Of a stretch of DNA of 33,238 nt, positions 17,655-27,000 are shown one piece after another. The stretch comes from Candidatus Bathyarchaeum sp. (GTDB taxonomy: Archaea; Thermoproteota; Bathyarchaeia; Bathyarchaeales; Bathyarchaeaceae), in NCBI GenBank assembly GCA_026014495.1, contig JAOZIF010000021.1, positions 1-33,238 on the forward strand, read 5' to 3'. The notes below the pieces were generated by a model, which saw nothing but the letters and a program-made list of their open reading frames with translations, did no database searches and was not told the DNA's origin. Each line of letters begins with the position of its first letter. Positions within the stretch are counted from its first letter, which is position 1. Both the position numbers and the translations under genes were made by a program.

Positions 17655-19565
17655 TTAGCAGACGTTGTTTTTGTGTAGTTTTTTCTTGTAAAGTATTCCT
17701 GCTATTGTAACGGCGATAATTAGTGGCACAATAGTCAGTGTTGTGAATTCTGGAATAATAGTTGGGTCAAGGTCCACTACAATTTTGTGGGTGCTGTGTA
17801 TGTAGTTGATTATTAAACACCATGAATCGTCGTTTTCCTGCACTGAATATTCAACTTGGTTGCCATCTAGATAAACGGTCATTGTTTCTAAATTGGCTAC
17901 AAGAGTTTTATCAATAATTATCTTTGCATAGCCATGTGTGCCGCTAGCTCCTTGGGCAGTAAAACTTAACGTGTAATCGCTTGAATTAAAGAAAAGCCCA
18001 GAAATTGTGGAGTTAGATTCAACAGAGAAAACGTATTCGCCATCATAGGTAATACTGTTGATTGCAGCGCTATTACTTGCCCCGATGTGTGTTGCGTTTC
18101 CTTCCCATTCTGCTTTTACTATAAAGTAGCCCGTAGCAGGAGGAATCCAAAGAGCAGAATATGTGCCATCACTGTTGGTCTGGTCAGAGGTAAATTCAAT
18201 CCATGTGCTACTTCCCTCAAAGGCATACGACAAAACAACTGTTTCGTCGTCTAAACCGGTTCCATACGCGTCACGAAGAACCCCGCTTATTTCTACTTGG
18301 AACCCAATCGCAGTCGAGGAACTGCTTGTTGAAATTGAAACATCCGTTGGTACCCTAACCAAAACATCATTCGAAACTGGCGCAGTTAAACCAGCATTGT
18401 CTTCGACAGTTAATTCTACTTCATATGTTCCTATTGAATTGTATGTGTGAGTAGTAACTGGGTTAGCTGTTGTAGATGATGTCCCGTCACCAAAGTCCCA
18501 ACTGTAAGATACAATGCTTCCATCGGTGTCAAATGAGTCTGAGGCATCAAAAGAAATCTCTTGTTCAACAGCAGGATTTGATGGGCTATACGTAAACTCA
18601 GCAACAGGTTCTGCAGAAAAGTTAGCAGTTAAAGTAAGGTTTGATGACAAGTTTGCGGTTCTTGTCCTAGTTTGAGTTCCATCACTCCAGTTCTGGAAAA
18701 CATATGTTATTTCGTCAATAACTTGGCTTTCAGGCATTTCGATACCATATGACCCTGCTTGTAGCTGCTCAGTATATGGGGTAACTTCTGAGGCTCCTTT
18801 AATCTCGAATTCAATACCAGATACAGGCAATGACTCGACAGTTAGATTATAGTATGTAGGCGTATAGGAGCCCCCTCCTCCACCACCGGAGGTGTACACA
18901 TAAAAGTATACTTTTATGATGACATTAGTTTCAGAATCCTCTATAGACATGAAATGTTCACCCTTATCAGCCGTCGGAATCGTTACTGTTGTTTCAAAAA
19001 AGCCATTTTGGTTAGCCACCGACGTGCCGATTATAACAGCTTCTGCCCACTCGGAGCTTGTTACTGTGCCCACAACGGCAGTTCCATCCCATCTAACATA
19101 AACTACACCAGGGTTAAACCACATACCAGAAATTGTAATGTTATCACCTGCTTCAACAATAACTGACGAAGTCAAGTCTGTGCCGTTTCCATAAAGCCCG
19201 CCCGCAGTTTGGTCTCCAACTGTTTTTATGCCCCGTAAATATTGTCCATACGTTGCATAATTGTAAACTGTTCCATCGTATTCTGCTCTAAAAGACAAGT
19301 CAGTGGCATAGGAGTCTGAAGTATACTCGCCAGCCCATAGTGACTTTCGTAGGTCAGGCACTTCAGTTGTAAACGTGATGTGTCCTGTTGAGCTGGCAGT
19401 TGTTGTGCCTAAAGGATTCCATGAATCAAAATCTGAATCATAATATGATATAGCGATATCTTCAGATGCTGGGTAATCTGAACCTGTAAACGTTACATCA
19501 ACTCCTCCAGGTCCTGAATCTGGAGAAACATATAACGACCCAAGGTACGAGAAGATTGTAACCAT
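17655..19565 (-). CDS. C-terminal part of large surface protein: repeat module 2, Gly linker, PKD domain, Ig-like domain, PEF-CTERM-like anchor
   Basis: PKD signature YSWDFGDG and C-terminal IIPEF-TM-KKK. It has no signal peptide of its own. Confidence 0.8.
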   Translation of the reverse strand: MVTIFSYLGSLYVSPDSGPGGVDVTFTGSDYPASEDIAISYYDSDFDSWNPLGTTTASSTGHITFTTEVPDLRKSLWAGEYTSDSYATDLSFRAEYDGTVYNYATYGQYLRGIKTVGDQTAGGLYGNGTDLTSSVIVEAGDNITISGMWFNPGVVYVRWDGTAVVGTVTSSEWAEAVIIGTSVANQNGFFETTVTIPTADKGEHFMSIEDSETNVIIKVYFYVYTSGGGGGGSYTPTYYNLTVESLPVSGIEFEIKGASEVTPYTEQLQAGSYGIEMPESQVIDEITYVFQNWSDGTQTRTRTANLSSNLTLTANFSAEPVAEFTYSPSNPAVEQEISFDASDSFDTDGSIVSYSWDFGDGTSSTTANPVTTHTYNSIGTYEVELTVEDNAGLTAPVSNDVLVRVPTDVSISTSSSSTAIGFQVEISGVLRDAYGTGLDDETVVLSYAFEGSSTWIEFTSDQTNSDGTYSALWIPPATGYFIVKAEWEGNATHIGASNSAAINSITYDGEYVFSVESNSTISGLFFNSSDYTLSFTAQGASGTHGYAKIIIDKTLVANLETMTVYLDGNQVEYSVQENDDSWCLIINYIHSTHKIVVDLDPTIIPEFTTLTIVPLIIAVTIAGILYKKKLHKNNVC

Positions 19566-20170
19566 TACACGAGTTCTGAATCTTCAATTGCTAGGTAGTG
19601 TTCGCCAGCACTAGCATTTGGAATTGTCACTGTTGTTTCAAAATAGCCAGTTTGGTTGGCTACTGATGTGCCGATGATTTCTGCCTCTGCCCACTCGGAG
19701 CTTGTTACTGTGCCCACAACGGCATACCCGTCCCATAGAACATAAATTACGCCTGGGCTGAACCATTTACCCGAAACTGTAATATTATCACCTGAGTGCA
19801 CGATAACAGATGATGTAAAGTCGGTGCCATTTCCGTAAAGTCCACTCGCAGTTTGGTCTCCAACTGTTTTTAGTCCCCGTAAATATTGGTTATAATCAGC
19901 GTAACTGTAAACGATGCCTCCAATTTCTGCTCTAAAAGATACTTGGGCGTATGTTTCGGAGTAATCGCCTCTTTGTAGTGCCTTTCGTAAGTCAGGCACT
20001 TGAGTTGTAAACGTTATGTTCCCTATTGAGTTAGCAGTTACTGTGTCCAAAAATTTCCACGAATCCACTGTTGAGTCATAATATAATAAGGTGACCTCAG
20101 CGAATGCCCCATAGCCTGAACCCGTAAGTGTTACTTCAATTCCGCCTGGTCCTGAGTCTGGAGAAACTTC
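18926..20170 (-). repeat. Intragenic tandem duplication of an ~213-215-codon module (about 19570-20170 and 18926-19532)
   Basis: SPDSGPGG...VPDLRK...GDQTA.GLYGNGTD...AVVGTVTSSEWAEA is shared. A 39-nt perfect match occurs at 19042-19080 and 19686-19724. Confidence 0.9.
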
Positions 20171-20656
20171 CAAAGTCGCCTCGCTAACTAACAAATAAAC
20201 TGTTAGATAAACGTCTGTTACTGCAACATCTTCGCCTAAATTGTCGAATGCTTTGAATGTATATGCACCTATTGGCACATTTGGGGCTATGCTGCCGTTG
20301 ACCCAGTTGTTTCCAACAGCCCAAGAGCCCATGCCATTGCTGTATTGGTGCACAGCCGTTTGGTTAGTTATGTCACAAATCAGGATTACGGGAGTGTAAA
20401 TTATGTCGCCCGTTGACACCTGTGTGTCGTTATCGGGGCTCATGAGCAGATAACATTGATTACCCGACCAGGTTACATCTCCAAAATATAGGCTTACGTT
20501 GCCGCCTGCTTGCACTTGCTGATTGGGGTCGCTTGATGTGGTGCTGTTTATTTTGATGTATCCTGTTGCAGAGGACACAAAAGCGATGTATGTTGGTACA
20601 AAAACAGTTATAATTAATAGTAGAATCGATAAGATTACTAAGCACCTTTTTAGCAT
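19565..20656 (-). CDS. N-terminal part of large surface protein: signal peptide plus repeat module 1
   Basis: Sec-type N-terminus MLKRCLVILSILLLIITVF. It ends mid-module at IEDSELV*. Confidence 0.8.
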   Translation of the reverse strand: MLKRCLVILSILLLIITVFVPTYIAFVSSATGYIKINSTTSSDPNQQVQAGGNVSLYFGDVTWSGNQCYLLMSPDNDTQVSTGDIIYTPVILICDITNQTAVHQYSNGMGSWAVGNNWVNGSIAPNVPIGAYTFKAFDNLGEDVAVTDVYLTVYLLVSEATLEVSPDSGPGGIEVTLTGSGYGAFAEVTLLYYDSTVDSWKFLDTVTANSIGNITFTTQVPDLRKALQRGDYSETYAQVSFRAEIGGIVYSYADYNQYLRGLKTVGDQTASGLYGNGTDFTSSVIVHSGDNITVSGKWFSPGVIYVLWDGYAVVGTVTSSEWAEAEIIGTSVANQTGYFETTVTIPNASAGEHYLAIEDSELV

Positions 20657-20851
20657 TATCGACCCCTAATCAAGATGAGTTGAATAGGAATATTTTAACA
20701 TTTTGGACAAATCTTTTGAATAAAGTATTTCTGAACAACAAGTAATAGCTTAGACTAGGCAAAAAGGTATTAGTTAATAGAATACAAATAATCATTAGAT
20801 TAAGTGCCAAATTGAAAACTCCGCCAATTCCAAGACCCGTGATGCAATAAA

Positions 20852-22264
20852 ATGAAAAAGAGATTAGCACTTTCATCGATTCTCATAATCATATTACTGC
20901 TAAGCACCGTGTTTTTGTTGAATTACAGCAACCCCGAAGACACAGAACCAGTTTATGTCGGAGTGACCTATTGTGGTGACTCTGTGGAAGATGGAAAACT
21001 GCTAATAGACAAGATTAAAGAGTACACAAATCTCTTTGTGCTTCAATCAGGCACCCTGCAACGAGATTTTGAAAGCATTGAAGAATTAGGTGATTATGCA
21101 GTTTCTGCAGGATTGTACTTCTTGCCGTATTTTGGGTATTATTCTGAAGCAACGTTTTCTGTTTGGCTTGAGACCGTTAAACAGAAATGGGGCACTTACT
21201 TTTTGGGCGTATATTATTGTGATGAGCCTGGGGGAAAAATGCTTGATGGCTATGTAGAGTTCGAAAATGAAACATCGGGCGACACGATAATGAAGACCAT
21301 GTACGGCGATGTTGTTGTAGAAAAAACAGACGACAGTGTTATTCATTATGAACTTAGCGGCGTTATCCATTTGTATCTTCCTAAGCCAATTCAAACGTCA
21401 AACAACACATCTAATGGAACACAATCAGAAGTGTATGCAACATTTTATCCTGATGGTACAATTGAAGTAGACGAATCAAACACCACCTTAGCAAACATCC
21501 AAATCGCCAGTTTGCCTGATTACGCAACTTATGACAAACTTTTGAGTTTACGCCCCCTCAACGATACAACCCAAACCGCCAACCAATTCATTGCACGCAA
21601 CAAAGACAACATCGAATATCTGAGCAATGCAACCACAGCTTTCACCTCAGATTATGCCCTTTACTGGTTTGATTACCTGTCAGGCTACGACGTAATACTA
21701 ACCCACATTGGTTGGAACCACACAATAAATCAACACATAGCACTAACACGCGGCGCCGCAACACTACAAAACAAAGACTGGGGCATAGTCATAACCTGGA
21801 AATACAAACAAGCACCATACCTTGACAGTGGCCAAGAAATCTTCAACCAAATGACCACCGCATACGAATGCGGAGCAAAATACTTTGTAATATTTAACTA
21901 CTACGGCACCAACAACGAACCATACGGCACAATGGAAAACGAACACTTCGAAGCAGTAGAATCCTTCTGGAATGACGTAGTAAAAAACCCAGACGTAGTT
22001 CACGACTCAATCATAGCAGATTCAGTTCTGGTGTTGCCCAAAAACTATGGCTGGGGCATGAGATGGCAACAAGACAAAATCTGGGGAATATTCAAACCTG
22101 ATGACAAAAGCCAGCAAATCTGGAACTTAATGGAGACCGTCCTACAAATCCACGACCTAAAAACTGATATTATATACGATGACGCAAATTTTCCGTTAGC
22201 ACCACAATATCAAAACATCTACTACTGGAACCAAACACAAGACACCAGCATATTAGGAGACTAA
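20852..22264 (+). CDS. Membrane-anchored secreted hypothetical protein, possibly glycoside-hydrolase-like TIM barrel
   Basis: N-terminal TM/signal MKKRLALSSILIIILLL; aromatic-rich; FLGVYYCDEPGG and FTSDYALYWFDY segments. The fold assignment is an inference only. Confidence 0.6.
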   Translation: MKKRLALSSILIIILLLSTVFLLNYSNPEDTEPVYVGVTYCGDSVEDGKLLIDKIKEYTNLFVLQSGTLQRDFESIEELGDYAVSAGLYFLPYFGYYSEATFSVWLETVKQKWGTYFLGVYYCDEPGGKMLDGYVEFENETSGDTIMKTMYGDVVVEKTDDSVIHYELSGVIHLYLPKPIQTSNNTSNGTQSEVYATFYPDGTIEVDESNTTLANIQIASLPDYATYDKLLSLRPLNDTTQTANQFIARNKDNIEYLSNATTAFTSDYALYWFDYLSGYDVILTHIGWNHTINQHIALTRGAATLQNKDWGIVITWKYKQAPYLDSGQEIFNQMTTAYECGAKYFVIFNYYGTNNEPYGTMENEHFEAVESFWNDVVKNPDVVHDSIIADSVLVLPKNYGWGMRWQQDKIWGIFKPDDKSQQIWNLMETVLQIHDLKTDIIYDDANFPLAPQYQNIYYWNQTQDTSILGD

Positions 22265-22295
22265 TAGCAGAAGATTATTGAAAACAACCTTTTTT
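22249..22295 (+). repeat. Dispersed palindromic repeat, copy 3 (loop GAGA); encodes the last codons and stop of 20852..22264
   Basis: CATATTAG-GAGA-CTAATA-GCAG-AAGATTATTGAAAAC-AACC-T6; 34/41 identical to copy 2. Confidence 0.8.
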
Positions 22296-22385
22296 CAGAA
22301 AAACAAGCACAGCAACTATTAGGGTAAACGCCCAAAAAGAAAGTGGGTTCAAAAAAATAGTACTATATGTTAGTATGCTAACAGT

Positions 22386-22673
22386 TTATTTTTTGCCGAT
22401 GGCGTCAACCAGCATTTCCATGGTTTTTTCGATGTGGTCTTTTTGTTTGGCACGGATGATTGGGCTGAATATTTTTTTGACATACATTCCGTATATGAGA
22501 ATTTCTCGTGGGTCAGTTTCAGAGAGTGCCTCAATTAGCAGATTCAAAATCTGCTGTTTTGCCTCACTGCTTTTAATGTTCTTCAAAATATCGGCAGTTT
22601 GGGTGGTTGTATCTTCTGCTTCGATGCCTTTCTTGGGTTTGTAGCCTAACTCTTCAAGTTTCTTAAGAACCAA
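22386..22673 (-). CDS. Small helical hypothetical protein
   Basis: TTG start 7 nt after a GGAGATGA RBS-like sequence that overlaps the upstream stop; co-oriented with the 4Fe-4S gene. Confidence 0.65.
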   Translation of the reverse strand: MVLKKLEELGYKPKKGIEAEDTTTQTADILKNIKSSEAKQQILNLLIEALSETDPREILIYGMYVKKIFSPIIRAKQKDHIEKTMEMLVDAIGKK

Positions 22674-22680
22674 CTTTTGT

Positions 22681-23178
22681 TCATCTCCACGCTTCTGGAA
22701 TCAACTTGTTAACCGTAGCTTTTCTTGCTTTCTGGTCAAACTCTTTTTGGGTCATCAAACTCAAAGCATTCTCAGGACACCACTCAACACACTGAGGAGT
22801 CCCATCGCAAAGGTTGCAAATCATGACCGTCTTTTTATTCTGATTCAAGAAAATGGCACCGTGCTTGCAGCTTTCAAGACACCAACCACACAGGTCACAT
22901 TTTGCGTCATCAACCATAATTATGCCAGTTTCCTCAGACTTGGCTAAAGCATCCCGAGGACATGAACGAACACACGGAGCATCCTCACAGAGTTTACAAG
23001 CCACAGGCATGTTAACGAGCTGATGCAAACGTAAAACTTTGATTCTGGAAAGTTTTGGGTCAAACGTTTTCTCATTCTCTAACGCACAAACAAGTTCACA
23101 CACTCTGCATCCAGTGCACTTTTCAAAGTCTGCACCGACAAATTTCTGTTCTTTTGACACTTGTTCAGACACAACCAT
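22681..23178 (-). CDS. 4x[4Fe-4S] electron-transfer subunit (DmsB/NrfC/HydN/CooF-like)
   Basis: CTGCRVCELVC, CKLCEDAPCVRSCP, CDLCGWCLESC, CNLCDGTPQCVEWCP. ATG 23178 has GAGGT 7 nt upstream. Confidence 0.9.
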   Translation of the reverse strand: MVVSEQVSKEQKFVGADFEKCTGCRVCELVCALENEKTFDPKLSRIKVLRLHQLVNMPVACKLCEDAPCVRSCPRDALAKSEETGIIMVDDAKCDLCGWCLESCKHGAIFLNQNKKTVMICNLCDGTPQCVEWCPENALSLMTQKEFDQKARKATVNKLIPEAWR

Positions 23179-23383
23179 TCCGTTAACCTCTAAGGCAACC
23201 ACTAAAGTTGGTACATACTTATAGGTTTTCGTTTCTTATTAGTCAATTGATAGATGTTTTTCATGCTTTTTAACTGGTTACAAAGTGTGAACGTAAACAA
23301 AGCGTTGAAAACGTGCGCCACATTCGCCAAAAAATAAAGAAAAACAAGCGATGTTGATTTTGGCTATAGAGTCTATGTTAGCA

Positions 23384-23448
23384 ATATTTAAATATCGCTT
23401 GCGATGTCTTTAGCGATATCGCTGGTGATATAGTGGTTGATATATGGT
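23384..23448 (+). promoter_or_regulatory. padR-ABC promoter: TATA box plus a 12-bp periodic GATAT operator array
   Basis: TTTAAATA at 23387-23394 lies inside the palindrome ATATTTAAATAT. GCGATGT/GCGATAT/GTGATAT/TTGATAT occur at 23401, 23413, 23425 and 23437. Perfect palindrome AGCGATATCGCT at 23412-23423. Confidence 0.7.
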
Positions 23449-23993
23449 CAAAAGGAACAGGCGGCGTCCCAAGAGGACTTCTCCGGTTTCTAATCGTAAA
23501 CATGATAATGAAAAAGCCAATGTCGGGCTCAGAAATAGTCGAAGTAATCGAGAAAGAGACGGGGGGCAGATGGAAACCAAGCCCAGGCTCAATATACCCT
23601 CTCCTAGCTCGGCTACACAAAGCAGGTTACACCACAGAGTCACCCAGCGAAGAAACAGGAATAAAACGATACGTTCTAACGCAGAAAGGGAAAGCATTTG
23701 TCGAAAAACAGGTAAACTTTGGACAAAAACTGTTGAATAAACTGGAATTTATTGTACCCCTGCTTATTGGAGGATTCCAGTTTAATCCAAATGACGAAAA
23801 AATCCTATCGGGAACACGAGAACCTGCAAAAAGAGTTGTCGCGACCCTTTTGGAGCTTCGACCAGCTAAAGTTGCATTAACAGAAAAGGACTCAAAGCAA
23901 ATCGAACGAATTTTGACCAAATGCGCTAATGAACTTGAAGAAATAGTGCAACGAATTCGAGGAGAAAAGCAGAGTAAAAAATCTCCAAAGTAA
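23433..23993 (+). CDS. PadR-family transcriptional regulator
   Basis: VPRGLLRFLI...PMSGSEI...WKPSPGSIYPLLARL...KRYVLTQKG is the canonical PadR wHTH. Confidence 0.92.
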   Translation: MVDIWSKGTGGVPRGLLRFLIVNMIMKKPMSGSEIVEVIEKETGGRWKPSPGSIYPLLARLHKAGYTTESPSEETGIKRYVLTQKGKAFVEKQVNFGQKLLNKLEFIVPLLIGGFQFNPNDEKILSGTREPAKRVVATLLELRPAKVALTEKDSKQIERILTKCANELEEIVQRIRGEKQSKKSPK

Positions 23994-24023
23994 TCACAAC
24001 AAATTACATGAGATGAGTGAGAT

Positions 24024-27000
24024 ATGGGTCTAAAATCTAGTTTTATGGTAGCAAAACGGTCCTTGTGGAGAAGAAAAACCAAGAACCTGAGTGCAATACT
24101 TGCAGTAACGCTTGGAGTCACGTTACTTGTTGGAATTCAAATCACAACAAACACGTTAGAAAACGCGTTTCTCACAAGCTTACTTCAAAATGAGGGAGAA
24201 GTTGACTTTAGTGTAGTTAACGCAACTACAGGCGGTTACCTAACCGCAGCCGACATAGCAAACATCAGTGCTTTGGTTCCCAACGCAGTGGGAATAATGC
24301 CTGAATTGACCATAGACGTGCCAATAATGCTCGGGTCACAGTTTGATTCTTCGGTTGAATTGGCAGGAATTTCCACCGATTTTCCAGAAGAATTTGGCAC
24401 TTTTTATGACTGGAAAACAGGAGACGAAATTGACATCGGCGATTACTTAACAGACAACACAACAATTTTGCTGTCAAGTAAGCTAGCAGAAAATTTAGGC
24501 TTAGACAAAGACGTAGCCCTTCCAATTTCCGTTACTACCGAATTCACGAATCTCACAGTAAGCATCACAGTTGATCCAACAACTGGAAACTATACTGCAA
24601 CGCCAACATACAACACCGAACGGGTGGAATTGACTGTTGTTGCTATTTTTGATTCAAGTCGTCCTGGAATAGGTTCTAAATACAAGATGATTATGGCACT
24701 GGAGTATGTTCAGCAATGGAGAAGCTTACAGGACACAACACGTGAAACAAACTGCATTAGTTCTTATTTAATAGCCCTCAAAACCGACCATTTCACCACA
24801 GAAATAGATGAAGATTACCTCCAAGAGCAAGTGGACTTGTTTGAAGAATCAATCCCCGAAGACACATACAGTGTCGAATCTAATCGCTTAACATTTTTTA
24901 GCGTCGCAGAAATCGTGATGACCCTACTGTCCACAATGTTAACGGCGCTGGGTCTACTGGTTATGGTAACTGGAATCTTGCTCATCACTAATGTTCAACT
25001 TATGAGCGTAGAAGACCGAGAATTCCAAACAGGAGTCTTGAGAGCAGTTGGAGAGAACCGCCGAGGAATTGTCCAATCTATACTAATCGAAAACGTGTTC
25101 CAAGGAATCCTAGGAGGAATGTTTGGCTTAATTGGAGGCTTAGCGTTCGGTCAAGCTGTGGCACTTTATCTTGTGGAATTGTTTGGCACAGGACAGCACA
25201 GCGTACAACCAGTTGTGTCTCAAGAAATTGTGATTTTGGCAGTAATAGTTGGAGTGGCACTTGGCATTATAACAGGCATACTGCCTGCTCTAAGAGCATC
25301 TCGAGTTAACATCGTAGACGCGTTAAGAGGAATCAAAAGTTCATTTGAAGAAAAATCTGGCCGTAACTTGGCACTATTAGGAATACTGGCAGTTATAACG
25401 GGCGTTATTGTTCTCCTGTATAATGGCGTCTTAAACGAAGCTTACCAACCAATATGGGTTAGTGAAGGTTGGAACACATTAGACGAATGGAGAACTATCC
25501 TGACAGGAGCAGGTTTGCTGTTTTCTGGAGCAGGCATTGTGCTTTCACGTTTCATTAGCCGCACAAAAGCATTAAACATAACAGCAATTGCCCTGTGGGC
25601 GGCACCAGTTTTTCTGTTTGCTGTAGCAATGGGCGAATGGATAACAGACATCACGGGTTTAGCAACAGACATCTTGATCATAGGAGTAACCGAAATTCTT
25701 GTCGGCTCAATTTTGATTGTAGCCGTAAATCTACCTCCAGTCATGAACGCTCTAAGGAATCTTCTTGTCAAAATGAAGGGACTAAAAGGGGTAGGACAAA
25801 TAGCTCCTGCACTAATTTCATCTCACAAATCACGTTCAACATTAACATACGCAATCTTTGCTGTGATAATGACACTAAATGTGACAGTTGCTATACTGGT
25901 GCCTACAAACTTAAGTTCAGTAAACCAAACTGGGGAAGACTCCAGAGGAGTAGACCTTATTGTATCCCTAAACAAGGCGGAGGCACAAATAGCGAATACA
26001 TCATATGTTGAAGAATTATACAAATTGGACAGTCACATAACCGACGTGATTGCGTTCAAGACATACAGCACAACTACAGATTACACCAAGTTTGTAGCTG
26101 TAAATGATCCTTACTCTTCTGAGTTCAATGCACAAACAGATTTGCTGCCAATCGGATATGGCGAAATCACTTCTGACCAGATCCGTGGAAACGCAACTGA
26201 CACATATGACTCTGATTGGCGCTACGACTTCTATCTAAGCAGTTTTCCAGACAGCATTACTCAACCACTAGAATCTGACGTATCAGATGAAGAACTGCTA
26301 GACATGTCCAAGCAGGCATGGGACCTGTTCTTTAATTCATCATACACAATGGCAGCATACAATGTTTCATTAGATGCACTTCTTTCGGAAGACCGTGACC
26401 TAAGTGATGTGGATCTTTCTGGATTGGAGGGATATGGAGGTAACGAACTAGAAGGTGTTGAAGTTTTACAAGATGAAAACGGTAACGTTATCGAAAATCC
26501 TGTTGTGTTCACAGACTCATTTATTCTTCCAATAGGCTTGCAGATTTGGATACCAATGAACATGTCTGAATATGGAGTGCCCGTGTATCAGGCGTTTACA
26601 GTAGCAGGACGATTAGACTCTAATCGTGCTGGCGGATTTCCTTTGTCATCATTTAGTGTTGGCAACATACTATCAGAAGGCGACTTTGATTTTGTCGACT
26701 TTTTAGGAAAAATATACCTTACAGAATATTGGGCAAACCAAACCAATTTCTTGGCAGAAGCAAACGGTAAAACATCCACATCAAGAGCTTCAAATCAGTA
26801 TGATTGTTTCCTAATCAAAACCACATATGATATAGAAGACCAAGAACTTGAGTCAATTGCACAAACCATCGAAGAATTCACCAACACAAACGATGACGGA
26901 TACAGACTATTAGCAAGTGACAATTTCTACGTTGCAAGCACAACACTGCTATACTCAACGGTAGAATCAACCCTAGAGATGACTGAACGGGTAGTCTCAT

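Larger units (their letters stand above)
17655..20656 (-). pseudogene. Single ~1000-aa surface/S-layer-like gene interrupted by a 1-nt deletion at 19574-19575 (or a sequencing error)
   Basis: Adding one A turns GAA CTC GTG TAA TGG into GAA ACT CGT GTA ATG (DSETRVMVTIF), which aligns with DSETNVIIKVYF in module 2. Module offsets of 638 and 644 nt are both 2 mod 3. Confidence 0.75.

Noticed and set aside
10693-22295. CRISPR array or Xer/dif site interpretation of the three-copy repeat
   Set aside because: The copies are 4-7 kb apart with no spacer periodicity and no cas genes. The 6-4-6 geometry does not fit the 11-6-11 dif layout.
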